Positions 9,813-21,246 of a stretch of 64,000 bases of DNA are shown here, in pieces. The stretch spans positions 434,001 to 498,000 of the forward strand of contig JADEYG010000002.1 in assembly GCA_016906335.1 (NCBI GenBank), in the 5' to 3' direction. This DNA comes from Novakomyces olei. Taxonomy: Eukaryota. The first letter of the stretch is position 1; each line of letters opens with the position of its first letter. Position numbers and translations under genes: made by a program. The notes below the pieces were generated by a model. It did not search any database. It saw nothing but the letters and a program-made list of their open reading frames with translations, and was not told the origin of the DNA.

Positions 9813-10512
9813 TGTAAGGTGGCCCTTAGAGGGGAGCACCGCGGTGTAAACTCGCGTGTCGCTACAGGCGAACACGGACTGTCCTTTGCGAGACCGCTCG
9901 ACAAAGGAAGTTCAATCGGGTACCGCGCGAAGCGAGTACCGAGAAACGGGAACGTAGACTTGCGCCCGGCGCAAGAACTAAGGAAAAGGAAAAGGACGTT
10001 GTCCTTGAAAAGGCGACGGCGCTTCTCTAAAGCTTACCTGCTACAAGGCTATGTAGCAACTTTGAGATTATAAGCCCGTGGAGAGAGTTCTCTCCATGGG
10101 CGACTATGTAGACTATCCTATGAGGCTTAGCGGCTCGCTTAGCCACTTCGCGGCCTAAGCTTCATCCCACCACGATCTCAATGCGATGGTCCCAGACCAT
10201 CCGCATTGGGAAAGCGGTGGCGAGCTATGAACTCTATGGATCGATCTATCTAGCTTCGTAGCGATGCGCGATCGCTACTGTCATGCGCCGCGACGTGCCT
10301 ACGTCGCGCGGGCATGGACGTGGACCTGCTTCGCGCGAGCCAGGTCCAACCTGCTCGCGAGCTAGGCCACTTACGCGCTTCGCGCGAGTAATGTCCAACA
10401 TTACCTCGCGCGAGCTATTTAGATCTATCTAGCCTGAAGTCATCGCCTTTGGCGCTACAGGACTTCAGGCGTCGTTCGCTGTCGTGGTTCACGCGAGGCG
10501 GGGATCATGACA
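9813..10512 (-). mobile_element. Family-A solo LTR without TSD
   Basis: 700-bp near-identical LTR-A copy; flanks TCCTG/GCTTC differ. Confidence 0.95.
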
Positions 10513-11019
10513 GCTTCATGTTTTTACGGGACCTTACTGAGAAGGGCAGAATTATTATGGACTATATTTCCACAAAAGAACAAGTGGCGGATATACTTAC
10601 AAAGCCCTTGTGCAAAAAAATATTTAACTACCTACAACAAAAGATACTTAAAGGCGAAACACGTGAAAGTGACGACAACAAGCTTGAGAGGGAGTATAGG
10701 AATATGTCAAGCTTGGACGTCACAGAAAAAGAACAGGAAGGCTGGCTACAGAAAAGAGGAGGAATGGCTGGAGTGGCTGGAGTGGCTGGAGTGGCTGGAG
10801 TGGCTGGAGTGGCTGGAGTGGCTGGAGTGGCTGGAGTGGCTGGAGTGGCTGGAGTGGCTGGAGTGGCTGGAACTGAGTACAAAGAGGCTTGCGCTACCAA
10901 AGTGTAACTCGGTGGCTGGAACCAAAGAAACTATATAGTACAGCGTCAGTAGACTTAGAAAAGTAGCTAAAAGGAGATACAACACTATTCTCTACAACAA
11001 GCCAAATTAAATTTCTACA
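10513..11019 (+). mobile_element. 3' end of copia family E: RNase H C-terminus, PPT and 3' LTR (10695-11019)
   Basis: YISTKEQVADILTKPL motif; PPT GAGAGGGAG; LTR TATAGG...TTTCTACA with a 9-bp repeat. Confidence 0.92.
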
Positions 11020-12219
11020 CACTAGACAACAAACTCCCTCTTTTATCATCATGTGTGGAATATTGTCTTAATTCTTCCAATTAGAAATTTTCATTTTCAA
11101 AGAATTTAACATCCCTGGAGATAATTATTTTGTTGTTCACAGGATTCCATGATCGAAAGGATTTTGCATTCGACTGATAACCGACCATAGCATATTTTTC
11201 TCCCCTGACAATTAATTTGTTTGGCCTGTCGGGCTTGGGCTTCGAATAAACAATACAAAAAAAAGAACTCTCAAATGGTCCACTTGTGGTACATTTCCGT
11301 AAACCATCTCGTAAGGAGTGCGACCGTGTAAGACGGTCCTTACAGCTACAATCGCTGGAGGCCGGCCGTGTATAGTTTAAATAAAGTAAAGGAATAAGAA
11401 AGACCAGGAAAGCAGAAAGCGATTACTGTAAAGCTTACCAGGAGTAATATAATATATTACTCCCACTTTGAGATAATCAACCCGTGAAGGGCGAGAGGCC
11501 TTCACGGGCAACTATAAACTAAACTAAGTTGCGGAGGAGCGGATGCTCCTTCGCATTCTAAACTACTCTTCCCAAGCTAACTTATGCGAAGGTCGCACAA
11601 GTTAGAGAGGGAAGCTCTCAGCCTAAACTAATCTATGAAATAACTATGAATGTTCTCGCGCTAGCGGAGTGCGAAGGGTCGCACTCGCTAGCGTGCGAGA
11701 ATGAGAACGGGAAGCGAGGTCCGTGCACATTGTGCATGGAGCCCCTCGCTCCCGTGGGCCAAGCTGGCTTAGTGCGCGTACCTACATGCGCACTAAGACA
11801 ACTTCTACGTCCCAAGACCATCGCATTACGCGCCGACTGGTCTTGGGCCGCGTTGGCGAAGCTTGCGACGCGCGGACATCCCAAGTCCGACTACAGGCGT
11901 CGCCCCTCGCTTCCCAACGCGGTTGTCAGGGACTCGCCAAGGCGAGGATCATGACAGTATCCCCCCCTCCCTTGGGCGAGGTCCCCGCGCCCGCAAAACA
12001 TAAAATATTCCATAAAAATAGAAAGGCGAACAAAATAAACGCTAATTTCAATTGCCGCGTGTCACAATAATATTTTCTCCTCAGTAAACGCGTAAATAAA
12101 CATATAGAATAGCATGGGAAAATAAAAGGGGTGTTCGCGTTTTGTTGCAGAGGGGTAAAGAGGCAAAACGCGAAGATAAATAGTATCCAGTCGCGTTCGC
12201 AAAGACAGTTCTGAACGCG

Positions 12220-12651
12220 ATGTCGCTTGCACGTGTGACTGTGTCCGAGAAGCCGTGCGGCTATTGTGTTTCGCAGGGGAGGCGCTGTGAGTTCTTCATG
12301 ACAGCCATCCCTCGCGTCCGTCGCTGCTTAGCGTGTGCGGCGCGTAAAACCAAGTGCGAGGGCGCGATGTTTATGTCGCCGACCCTGTTGAATTCGCGCA
12401 TACGCGGGTCGATCGTCGAGCGCGAGTATCGTAAGTATGATAACGCTCGTAAGGCAAAGTTGGCCTCCACTGTTCCTCGCGTTGCGACGCCCGTTGTAGA
12501 AGTCGCCCAATGCGCGGCAACCGATTCGTCTGAGGGCCTCGGGGTTGCTGTTGAAAGAGCATTGGCCGCTAAAGATCGCGAAATCGATTCGCTCCGTCAG
12601 CAGGTCCTAGAGCTGAAAGCGGAAATTTCGGCTTTGCGCGGCTTGGAATGA
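12220..12651 (+). CDS. Antisense accessory ORF of element B: Zn(II)2Cys6-like domain + C-terminal coiled coil (143 aa)
   Basis: CGYC-X6-C-X12-CLAC-X6-C; 25/48 ungapped identities to the A ORF N-terminus; same position and orientation as in A. Confidence 0.85.
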   Translation: MSLARVTVSEKPCGYCVSQGRRCEFFMTAIPRVRRCLACAARKTKCEGAMFMSPTLLNSRIRGSIVEREYRKYDNARKAKLASTVPRVATPVVEVAQCAATDSSEGLGVAVERALAAKDREIDSLRQQVLELKAEISALRGLE

Positions 12652-12817
12652 GCGCCAAAATTCTTCAAATATGCGATACATCTTGTTTTGATTTTAATAA
12701 TTTTTAATACATTTTCAAAAAAAAATTTCCAAATAGCGATAAATAACTAGTGCGAATTGTGTATTATATCGCAGTCGTAAACAAAAATCAAGAGTTGAGT
12801 CTCGCGATTGCGTAAGA

Positions 12818-15800
12818 TTACGTGAGTTGAATGACGTAACCTGTATCGCGATTAACGTAAACATCATAGCTTCGGCTTAGCGGGTGTAATCTGTGAAATT
12901 CTTTCACTAAATCGTCGCAATTTGTCAAATTGCCTGCCGGCTCCCAAGTGCGATTAGCACTATCGTATCCCTTCCAATGTACAAAATATTCCAATTTATT
13001 TCTTCGCTTCCTGGAGTCCAACACTTTCTCTACCTCCCACTCTGGTGTATTCTCAATTATTATTGGTGGTGGTGGTGCTGTCTGCTGTCGCACAATCGTA
13101 GACGTAGACTTGTACGATTCCAATAAAGAAGCATGGAATACAGGAAGTATTTTCATCGTGTTCGGTAAATCCAACTTGTATGCACGTAAACCGATACGTT
13201 CCAAGATTGTAAAAGGTCCAATTTTCTTGTAATCCAACTTGTCGCTTGGCCTAGTGGTACTGATGTTCTTTCTCACTAGCCATACTTTTTGGCCGACTTC
13301 AAAATCCTTGTCGACACGGTGCGTATTAGCAAACCGTGCTTGATCGCTAATGGCGTGCTTGATCTCAATCTGTAAAAGGCGATGTAGTGTCCTCAAAAAA
13401 TCAATCCGATTGTCCGCCGATGGGCATTGCCGTGCTGTTGCTATCGTAAAACGGCATTTGGGGTGATACCCATACAAAGCATAACTAGGTGTCGCTTTTG
13501 TCGATGATTGCTCAGTATTGTTATATGCGAACTGTGCAAAAGGTAGCAAGTTTACCCAATTCGTTTGTTGGTAATTGCTGTAAATTCTCAAATATTGTTC
13601 GAGGCTCTGATTAAGCCTTTCCGTTTGTCCATCGCTCTGGGGATGGTACGCAGTTGATAACCTTTGCTTGATATCACAATGTGCGAGTAAATGCTTCGTA
13701 AAATGTGATACGAAAACTGATCCACGATCTGAGATAATTTCTTCTGGCAGTCCAAAGTTAGCAAATACTCTGTGAGCGTATAGCAATGCTAGTTCTTTCG
13801 CGCTCATGGTCTCGCATATTGGTACAAAGATGCCTATCTTCGTAAAGCGACATACTATAACCCAAATTGAGTCGTAGTCTTTGCCTGTGATGACATCTCT
13901 TGACACCGGGAGCTTCACAATGAAGTCCATAGCAATGCTTTCCCAAGGCTTTGTAGGTACTCGCAACGAATGTAATAGACCGTAGGGAGCATGATGCGAT
14001 GATTTACTTCGTGCGCAAGTGTCGCATGACTCCACATAGTTAAATACGTCCTTTCGCATCCTTGGCCAGTAATAGTTCCTTGTCACAAGCTCTAGCGTCT
14101 TAGCCTGTCCGGGGTGACCTGAAGTCTGCGAATCATGACATTCTTGCATGATTGATAATCGCAAATCGTTGTCTCTGGGTATGTAAATCAAACCCGAGAA
14201 CATTAAAAGACCTTCCTTGTCCATTGTATAATTCTCCAAATGAGCAGCATCGGGCTTGCTCTTTAACTCCTCAATGATATTCTTGCAAATGCTGTCCTTC
14301 TCGTAGCATTTCTTAACATCCTGTGCTAGCGTTTTGTTGTCCTCAATCGCAAACACAAATTGCGATTTGTCCAAAAGCACCATTGTTCGTTCTGGCTTTT
14401 CCTCCTCTTCGCTGCTAACGTAATCGCTTCTTCGCGATAAGGAGTCAGCCTTGTGGTTAAACTTTCCCGCACGATACACGATCACAAAATCGTAAGACGC
14501 AAGTAACTGCGACCAGCGCATTTGCCGTCTATTCAGGACACGCGCGGTCCAAAAGTACACAAGATTGCGATGATCCGTGTATATCGTGGTTTTGTGAAGG
14601 GGACTCTCCAAGTATACCCTCCATTCCCGAAGACATACAACAATAGCTAATAGCTCCTTGTCGTGAATGTCGTAGTTCGTCTCTGCGCTTGTCATCTTGC
14701 GCGAGTAAAATGCGATTGGTCTCATGTCGCCGTTTTCATCCTTTTGCGAAAGGATCCCGCCTATCGCAAAATCTGAGGCGTCCGTTTCCAAGAAGCTCGG
14801 CTTTTGTGGATCGAAGTGCACAAGAATAGGTGCGCCTAAGAATGCATCCTTCAACGCATTGAATGACTCCCTGCATTCGTCGCTAAACACGAACTTTGTA
14901 TCCTTCTTTAAAAGCCGGGTAAGAGGTGCCGTAATCTTGCTGTAGTTGGCGATGAATCTTCGGTAATAGTTCGCCAGTCCCAGGAACGACATAACCTCCT
15001 TAACATTCTTTGGCTCGGGCCATGTTTCAATCGATTTGACCTTCGTATTTTCCATCGACAGACCTTTCGTTGAAATCACGAAGCCAAGAAACTCCGTTGT
15101 GTCGGTATGGAATTCGCATTTCTCCAATTTGACAAATAAATTTGCCTTGCGAAGTCTCTCCAATACTCCGCGCACGTGCTCCACGTGTTCTTCCTCTGTA
15201 TTCGAGTAAATCAGTATATCGTCCAAGTAAACGACAACGTATCGATCAAGGCAATCTCGCAAAGTATCATTGGCGAGTGCTTGAAACGAAGCCGGGGCAT
15301 TCGTAAGCCCAAACGGCATGACTTGGTACTCGTAGTGGCCGTACCTTGTACGAAAGGCCGTTTTCCATTCGTCGCCTTTTCGTATCCTAACCAAATTATA
15401 TGCACCGCGAAGATCCAATCGCGTAAAAATAGTTGCTTGGCGAATGCGATCTAGAAGTTCCGAGATAAGCGGTAATGCATATCTGTTTTTGACAGTGATC
15501 GCGTTCAGACCGCGGTAATCGACGCATAATCTGAGCGATCCATCTTTCTTTTTGACAAATAAGATCGGCGCCCCCGCGGGCGACGACGACGGTCGTATAA
15601 AACCTTTAGCGAGGTTTTCCTTGATATAATCTCTCAGCGTTTGCAATTCGCGTTCGGCGAGCGGGTAGATCGGGCCAAAAGGCGGCTTCGCATTTTCGAC
15701 CAAGGGTATCGCATGATCCCAAGGTTGATGTTTCGGCAAAACGTCCGCGTTCTTCTTCTCAAATAGGTCGCGATATCCCTCGTAGAATCCAGGCAATGTA

Positions 15801-16411
15801 ACGCGAGGCTTGACATCTTGCTCGTCCATAGCGTACACACATAAAATACCTGATTCTCCAGAACGGGCCAATCTTGCAAATTCGGTTGCGCTGACTTGCA
15901 TGGATTCGGATAATGTACTGCACTTCAAACAGTTCGCCAAACAGTAGTTCGACTTGAACTCGACGTTTGCGCGACTCCATCCGATCGTAGGCTCATGCTT
16001 GTCCAACCATGGCTTGCCCAAGATAGCATCGTATCCACGAAGAGGTATGACATTGAAGGTCATCCTTTCTCGATGTTCGCCAATTGATATATCCATCTCG
16101 CTGGTGTGAAAGCGAATACCTCCTGACTTGATTGTCCTTCCATCAACGACTCTGATGGGCTCGGTCTCGCTCTTCTCCGTAAGCTTAATAAAAGCATGCG
16201 ATGCGAGCTTCTCGCTGATAAAATTAGAGGTAGCTCCTGAGTCAATCAGGGCTCTCGCGTTCAACTCTCCATCCTCTGTCTTGACTTTCACGACGACAGT
16301 CAGATGCTTTGCTTTGTCCGGTTCCGTAAAAACTGTCATAACTTCTGGTGGCCTAAATAGTTGTTTGCCCAGATCAGGCCTTTTCATTGGACCTGGGCGT
16401 TCGCTTTTCCC
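12818..16411 (-). CDS. pol: Pol of element B (PR, RT, RH, IN, chromodomain), via -1 frameshift
   Basis: Same motifs as pol A; GGGAAAA at 16405-16411 and stem-loop 16367-16398. Confidence 0.96.
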   Translation of the reverse strand, partial: GKSERPGPMKRPDLGKQLFRPPEVMTVFTEPDKAKHLTVVVKVKTEDGELNARALIDSGATSNFISEKLASHAFIKLTEKSETEPIRVVDGRTIKSGGIRFHTSEMDISIGEHRERMTFNVIPLRGYDAILGKPWLDKHEPTIGWSRANVEFKSNYCLANCLKCSTLSESMQVSATEFARLARSGESGILCVYAMDEQDVKPRVTLPGFYEGYRDLFEKKNADVLPKHQPWDHAIPLVENAKPPFGPIYPLAERELQTLRDYIKENLAKGFIRPSSSPAGAPILFVKKKDGSLRLCVDYRGLNAITVKNRYALPLISELLDRIRQATIFTRLDLRGAYNLVRIRKGDEWKTAFRTRYGHYEYQVMPFGLTNAPASFQALANDTLRDCLDRYVVVYLDDILIYSNTEEEHVEHVRGVLERLRKANLFVKLEKCEFHTDTTEFLGFVISTKGLSMENTKVKSIETWPEPKNVKEVMSFLGLANYYRRFIANYSKITAPLTRLLKKDTKFVFSDECRESFNALKDAFLGAPILVHFDPQKPSFLETDASDFAIGGILSQKDENGDMRPIAFYSRKMTSAETNYDIHDKELLAIVVCLREWRVYLESPLHKTTIYTDHRNLVYFWTARVLNRRQMRWSQLLASYDFVIVYRAGKFNHKADSLSRRSDYVSSEEEEKPERTMVLLDKSQFVFAIEDNKTLAQDVKKCYEKDSICKNIIEELKSKPDAAHLENYTMDKEGLLMFSGLIYIPRDNDLRLSIMQECHDSQTSGHPGQAKTLELVTRNYYWPRMRKDVFNYVESCDTCARSKSSHHAPYGLLHSLRVPTKPWESIAMDFIVKLPVSRDVITGKDYDSIWVIVCRFTKIGIFVPICETMSAKELALLYAHRVFANFGLPEEIISDRGSVFVSHFTKHLLAHCDIKQRLSTAYHPQSDGQTERLNQSLEQYLRIYSNYQQTNWVNLLPFAQFAYNNTEQSSTKATPSYALYGYHPKCRFTIATARQCPSADNRIDFLRTLHRLLQIEIKHAISDQARFANTHRVDKDFEVGQKVWLVRKNISTTRPSDKLDYKKIGPFTILERIGLRAYKLDLPNTMKILPVFHASLLESYKSTSTIVRQQTAPPPPIIIENTPEWEVEKVLDSRKRRNKLEYFVHWKGYDSANRTWEPAGNLTNCDDLVKEFHRLHPLSRSYDVYVNRDTGYVIQLT

Positions 16412-17315
16412 AAATCGGAAAATTCGTGCGTGAATGCAGCGACGTGTTGCTGATTGTACGTCTTCTTCTTCTGCTTGCATTCTCTTGCTCGATGACCCAC
16501 GCGTCCACAGTTAAAGCATTTGATGTTGCTTTTGCGATGGTTGTCATCTTCCTTTTCTAAACTAATCGCGTCCACATCCATAGGAGTAAAACTTGTACTC
16601 GCGTTTGCAGCCGGGCGGTTGTTGGAATATTTCACGGAACCGCGGCTTGCACTCTCGATGTGCCTGTCGGATATTCTTCCATCCACGCGAACTGATATCT
16701 CAATCATTTCATTCAAAGTGCGGGGTCTGTCCATCCTGGAAAGCTCATCCTTGATGCGATCCTTCAGCCCCTGATAATACATAAACGTCAGCGCACTGTC
16801 ATTGAAATCCAAATACGAAGCAATTCTTTGAAAAATGCTCGCATAAGATGCTGCTGATCCACGTTGTCTCAAGGCGGCTAACTCTCTTTGCGCCTGACTC
16901 ACCCTGTCGACCTTGCCGAAATTCGCGGCCAACGCTTCGCAAAAGGCTTCAAAAGTAGGTACTACCGAAGCGAAGTCGTTGTTGCGAAGGTGTGGTTCGA
17001 ACCACGCAAATGCGGCGTCCCGCAAATACGAAGCTGCGAACAAAACCTTCGAACGTCGTCGCGAAACTCGTGCGGTTTCAACATGATGTAAAGGCGAAGC
17101 TGCGCCAAAAAATTCTCGACCATTTTGCGGTCCCCACGAAACGCGTCGGGCTTCATCACCGCTGGTCCGTCACTCGTCGGGGCTCTCTTAGCTCGCGAAC
17201 CGATCTCCTGGGTCAGATGCGCAATGTGCGATCGCCCTTTCTCGTTCTCTGCCTTCAACTCGGCAATCTGAGTTTGCAGGGATTGCAAAAAGGTGTTAAG
17301 CTCCTCTTGCGACAT
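16384..17315 (-). pseudogene. gag: Gag of element B with a 1-bp deletion at about 17050
   Basis: MSQEELNTF...HEFRDD in one frame and KVLFAASYL...CFNCGRVGHRAREC in another; colinear with gag A. Confidence 0.85.
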
Positions 17316-20032
17316 CTTGTCCCTCGTACCGCAAATATCGTATCGTAATCGTTCTTCCAGAACCGTTCTTCGTAAATTGTTCACTCAATCGTCGACTATC
17401 CAAGCCGATACTCAATAACTCAAAATAACTGTGTTTCACCGGAACACTCGATAACTCAAAATTCTCAAACTCGAATCCACGTCGTTCACTCGACGCTTTA
17501 ACCGTTTTAACTTCCGTAAAAATCCGTAAAAATAAGTACCGAACCGCGTCTTTGACTCGACGTCCGAAACTCTCTCGAATCCGAAGGAAATAAAACACAA
17601 ACAATTCCAAAAAACTTCAAACTTCAACGACCGGGACGGGTTGATTATAGTGTAAGACGGTCCTTACAGCTACAATCGCTGGAGGCCGGCCGTGTATAGT
17701 TTAAATAAAGTAAAGGAATAAGAAAGACCAGGAAAGCAGAAAGCGATTACTGTAAAGCTTACCAGGAGTAATATAATATATTACTCCCACTTTGAGATAA
17801 TCAACCCGTGAAGGGCGAGAGGCCTTCACGGGCAACTATAAACTAAACTAAGTTGCGGAGGAGCGGATGCTCCTTCGCATTCTAAACTACTCTTCCCAAG
17901 CTAACTTATGCGAAGGTCGCACAAGTTAGAGAGGGAAGCTCTCAGCCTAAACTAATCTATGAAATAACTATGAATGTTCTCGCGCTAGCGGAGTGCGAAG
18001 GGTCGCACTCGCTAGCGTGCGAGAATGAGAACGGGAAGCGAGGTCCGTGCACATTGTGCATGGAGCCCCTCGCTCCCGTGGGCCAAGCTGGCTTAGTGCG
18101 CGTACCTACATGCGCACTAAGACAACTTCTACGTCCCAAGACCATCGCATTACGCGCCGACTGGTCTTGGGCCGCGTTGGCGAAGCTTGCGACGCGCGGA
18201 CATCCCAAGTCCGACTACAGGCGTCGCCCCTCGCTTCCCAACGCGGTTGTCAGGGACTCGCCAAGGCGAGGATCATGACAGACCGTGAACTCGCGTTGGA
18301 ACACGATTTTTTATGTAAACACTTGTGCGAACTGCTTCTGGCCAAAGGCATTCTGGAAGATTACTGCCGATAAGAGCGGTTCTGGCCTTGTTTAAAATTG
18401 TTCTGTTTGCGCGTTCAGCAACACCGTTTTGCTGAGGTGTATGTGGAATAGTTGTCTCAGAATTAATGCCTTTGTCTGTATAGAATTGTTTGAGCTCGTT
18501 ATTGACAAATTCACCGCCATTGTCAGTTCGAATAATTTTTACTCGCTTGTTAAATTGTGTTTCAATTAAATTGACAACCGTTTTAACGAGTTGACACACT
18601 TCGCTTTTATTTAGAAAAAAATATACGAATGTATAACCCGAGTAATCGTCGATAAAAGTCAAAAAATACCGCAATTTCTTTTGTGAATTTACACGAACTT
18701 CACACACATCACTGTGAATTCGTTCGAATAAACTTGTAGCGCGGTCGTGGCCTTTTTCAAATCGTAGACGCGTAAATTTTCCCTGTGCGCATTCGTGACA
18801 CGAAAATGTCGCTGGAATTTTAAGGTCATTCAATTTTCCATTCGCACATCCGTTAATTAATTTTGATAAATAATTCATGTTGACATGCATAAACCGATTA
18901 TGCCATTGTTCAGCACTGTTTTCTGGTGTTGTAATTAAGGCACTTTGATAATCATTATTTTTATTGTCTCTTACAAACGTGTAAAGACCTCGTTTAATTT
19001 TTCCAGTCGTGATAATACTTCCGTTTGCTCTATCAATTATTTTAACCGAATCTTCGGCGGTAAAACAGACATCAATTTTTTCTCGACCTAGTTTTCGAAT
19101 CGATAGCAAGTTAAATTCAAGTTCAGGAACCCACAGTGTTTCTTTTAAGTCAAGAACGATATTTGGCCCCAGTTGAATACTCGCCGTTCCAAATGCTTTA
19201 GCAAGCGTTGTATCTCCAGCAGCGGTTTTTATATTAATGTTGCAGGGATGCAGAGTACCTTTAAACATTGCTTTATTAAATGTGATGTGTTCTGTTGCTC
19301 CGCTGTCTAGTATCCATTCGTTGGATTTAATATTATCGATATTCATAAGAAGCGCACTGAAGTATGGTTGAACAATATTATTATTATTAAACTCCTTTTT
19401 GTTGCATGTTGCAACACGATGACCAGGCTTCCCACATCTGAGGCATATTCTGTTTTTTCCAGCACACGTCTTCCGTATGTCCAGATTTATTACAGAACTT
19501 GCAATTCATATTGGACGTCGCAACGTTTGCAGTTGCAATGTTTGCAGTTGCCTTAACACATTTTCGCGCAAATGACCGGACCCAAAACATTGCTTCTGCC
19601 AAACTCATCTTTATACATTCCTCTGGGGAACGTTGAGAGACAAAAGACTCGATTCCAGCACAATTCTCAATCGCATTAAAATAAGCCGTGACAAATAAGC
19701 CGTGACAAATAAGCCGTGACAAAGAACTTTTCCAATTTTCCATAGTCGCGTGACATGGAATCAAACGTAAGGGGAAGTTGGTCGGAACTTAGCATTTTTG
19801 TGTGAAACGACATAAAGCAATTGGCCAAATTTGTAAAGTTATTGTTGAAAGTGGTGATGTTTTCGGGATCTTCCAGCTTTAATGAGGCTAGCTCGGCCGC
19901 TGTTTGAAAGACATAAGATGCAATATCTTTCTCAATAACCACTTCGATCTCCAGGAGAAGCTCTGTAGGACTGCGATATGCGCTATTGACGTAAGGCAAG
20001 TATTCCTTCGTCGCGTTGCAGGGTGACAAGAA

Positions 20033-20738
20033 TGTCATGATCCCCGCCTCGCGTGAACCACGACAGCGAACGACGCCTGAAGTCCTGTAGCGCCAAAGGC
20101 GATGACTTCAGGCTAGATAGATCTAAATAGCTCGCGCGAGGTAATGTTGGACATTACTCGCGCGAAGCGCGTAAGTGGCCTAGCTCGCGAGCAGGTTGGA
20201 CCTGGCTCGCGCGAAGCAGGTTCACGTCCATGCCCGCGCGACGTAGGCACGTCGCGGCGCATGACAGTAGTAGTAGCGATCGCGCATCGCTACGAAGCTA
20301 GATAGATCGATCCATAGAGTTCATAGCTCGCCACCGCTTTCCCAATGCGGATGGTCTGGGACCATCGCATTGAGATCGTGGTGGGATGAAGCTTAGGCCG
20401 CGAAGTGGCTAAGCGAGCCGCTAAGCCTCATAGGATAGTCTACATAGTCGCCCATGGAGAGAACTCTCTCCACGGGCTTATAATCTCAAAGTTGCTACAT
20501 AGCCTTGTAGCAGGTAAGCTTTAGAGAAGCGCCGTCGCCTTTTCAAGGACAACGTCCTTTTCCTTTTCCTTAGTTCTTGCGCCGGGCGCAAGTCTACGTT
20601 CCCGTTTCTCGGTACTCGCTTCGCGCGGTAACCGATTGAACTTCCTTTGTCGAGCGGTCTCGCAAAGGACAGTCCGTGTTCGCCTGTAGTGACACGCGAG
20701 TTTACACCGCGGTGCTCCCCTCTAAGGGCCACCTTACA
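20033..20738 (+). mobile_element. Family-A solo LTR with TSD
   Basis: 706 bp; TSD AAGAA at 20028-20032 and 20739-20743; inserted in gag of copia D. Confidence 0.96.
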
Positions 20739-21092
20739 AAGAAATACTTTCGTTTCTTTGTTACCGGCGATTTCGAGGTTTTCGAGCTTTTCTTTGAATG
20801 GCACAACTTTCGACAAATGCCAACGGTTCAAAAGGCGGTACAGTTCTCCCTTCCAAGACGGATAGTAAATCAACCCTTTGAGCTGGGGAATTTTGATTAT
20901 TGGCTGCTCTCTGGAATTAATTACTTTCATTTTGTTCTCCGCCGGATTTTCAACTTGTTCCATTTCAGACTCTTAATCTGTAGTTGTGAGCAATTTATGA
21001 TTGTTAATATTGTTAATTAATTTGTTGTTCGACTATTTATTTATAAACGTTTCCCCCACTGTGGCTTAGATGTATTTATCAGAGTATTTTGA

Positions 21093-21195
21093 GAATGTGC
21101 CAAGAGTAGTTTGGAATGTTCCAAGAGTAGTTTGGGAATGTGCCAAGAATAGTTTGGGAATGTGCCAAGAGTAGCTTGGGAATGTGCCAAGAGTG
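21093..21195. repeat. About five 21-22 bp tandem units (GAATGTGCCAAGAGTAGTTTGG) in U3 of LTR-D
   Basis: Directly visible. Confidence 0.9.
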
Positions 21196-21246
21196 CGATA
21201 AGAAAATTGAGTAGGTTGGCAGCCAATCAGAAAACACGTTACAACA

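Larger units (their letters stand above)
11327..18280 (-). mobile_element. Full-length Ty3/gypsy chromovirus, element B
   Basis: 630-bp LTRs 11327-11956 and 17651-18280; TSD GACCG; PPT GGGAGGGGGGGATAC; pol with chromodomain. Confidence 0.97.
11020..21246 (-). mobile_element. Decayed copia element D (5' LTR 20979-21246, gag-PR-IN), interrupted by a solo LTR-A and by element B; RT/RH absent
   Basis: LTR TGTTG...CTACA + PBS; gag ATG 20963; WILDSGAT, WHNRFMH, HSDVC, TPQQNGVAERANR; integrase resumes across B (RVHG|RTPYEM...ISRDVKFFE at 11326-11085); frameshifts include a 14-bp triplication at about 19680-19721. Confidence 0.88.

Noticed and set aside
10449-10985. (AGV)n/(WLE)n/(PAT)n/(SSH)n repeat proteins
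   Set aside because: Translations of the 9-bp LTR VNTR; open in all frames.
21093-21195. CRISPR-like short repeats
   Set aside because: Contiguous tandem units with no spacers, inside a eukaryotic LTR.
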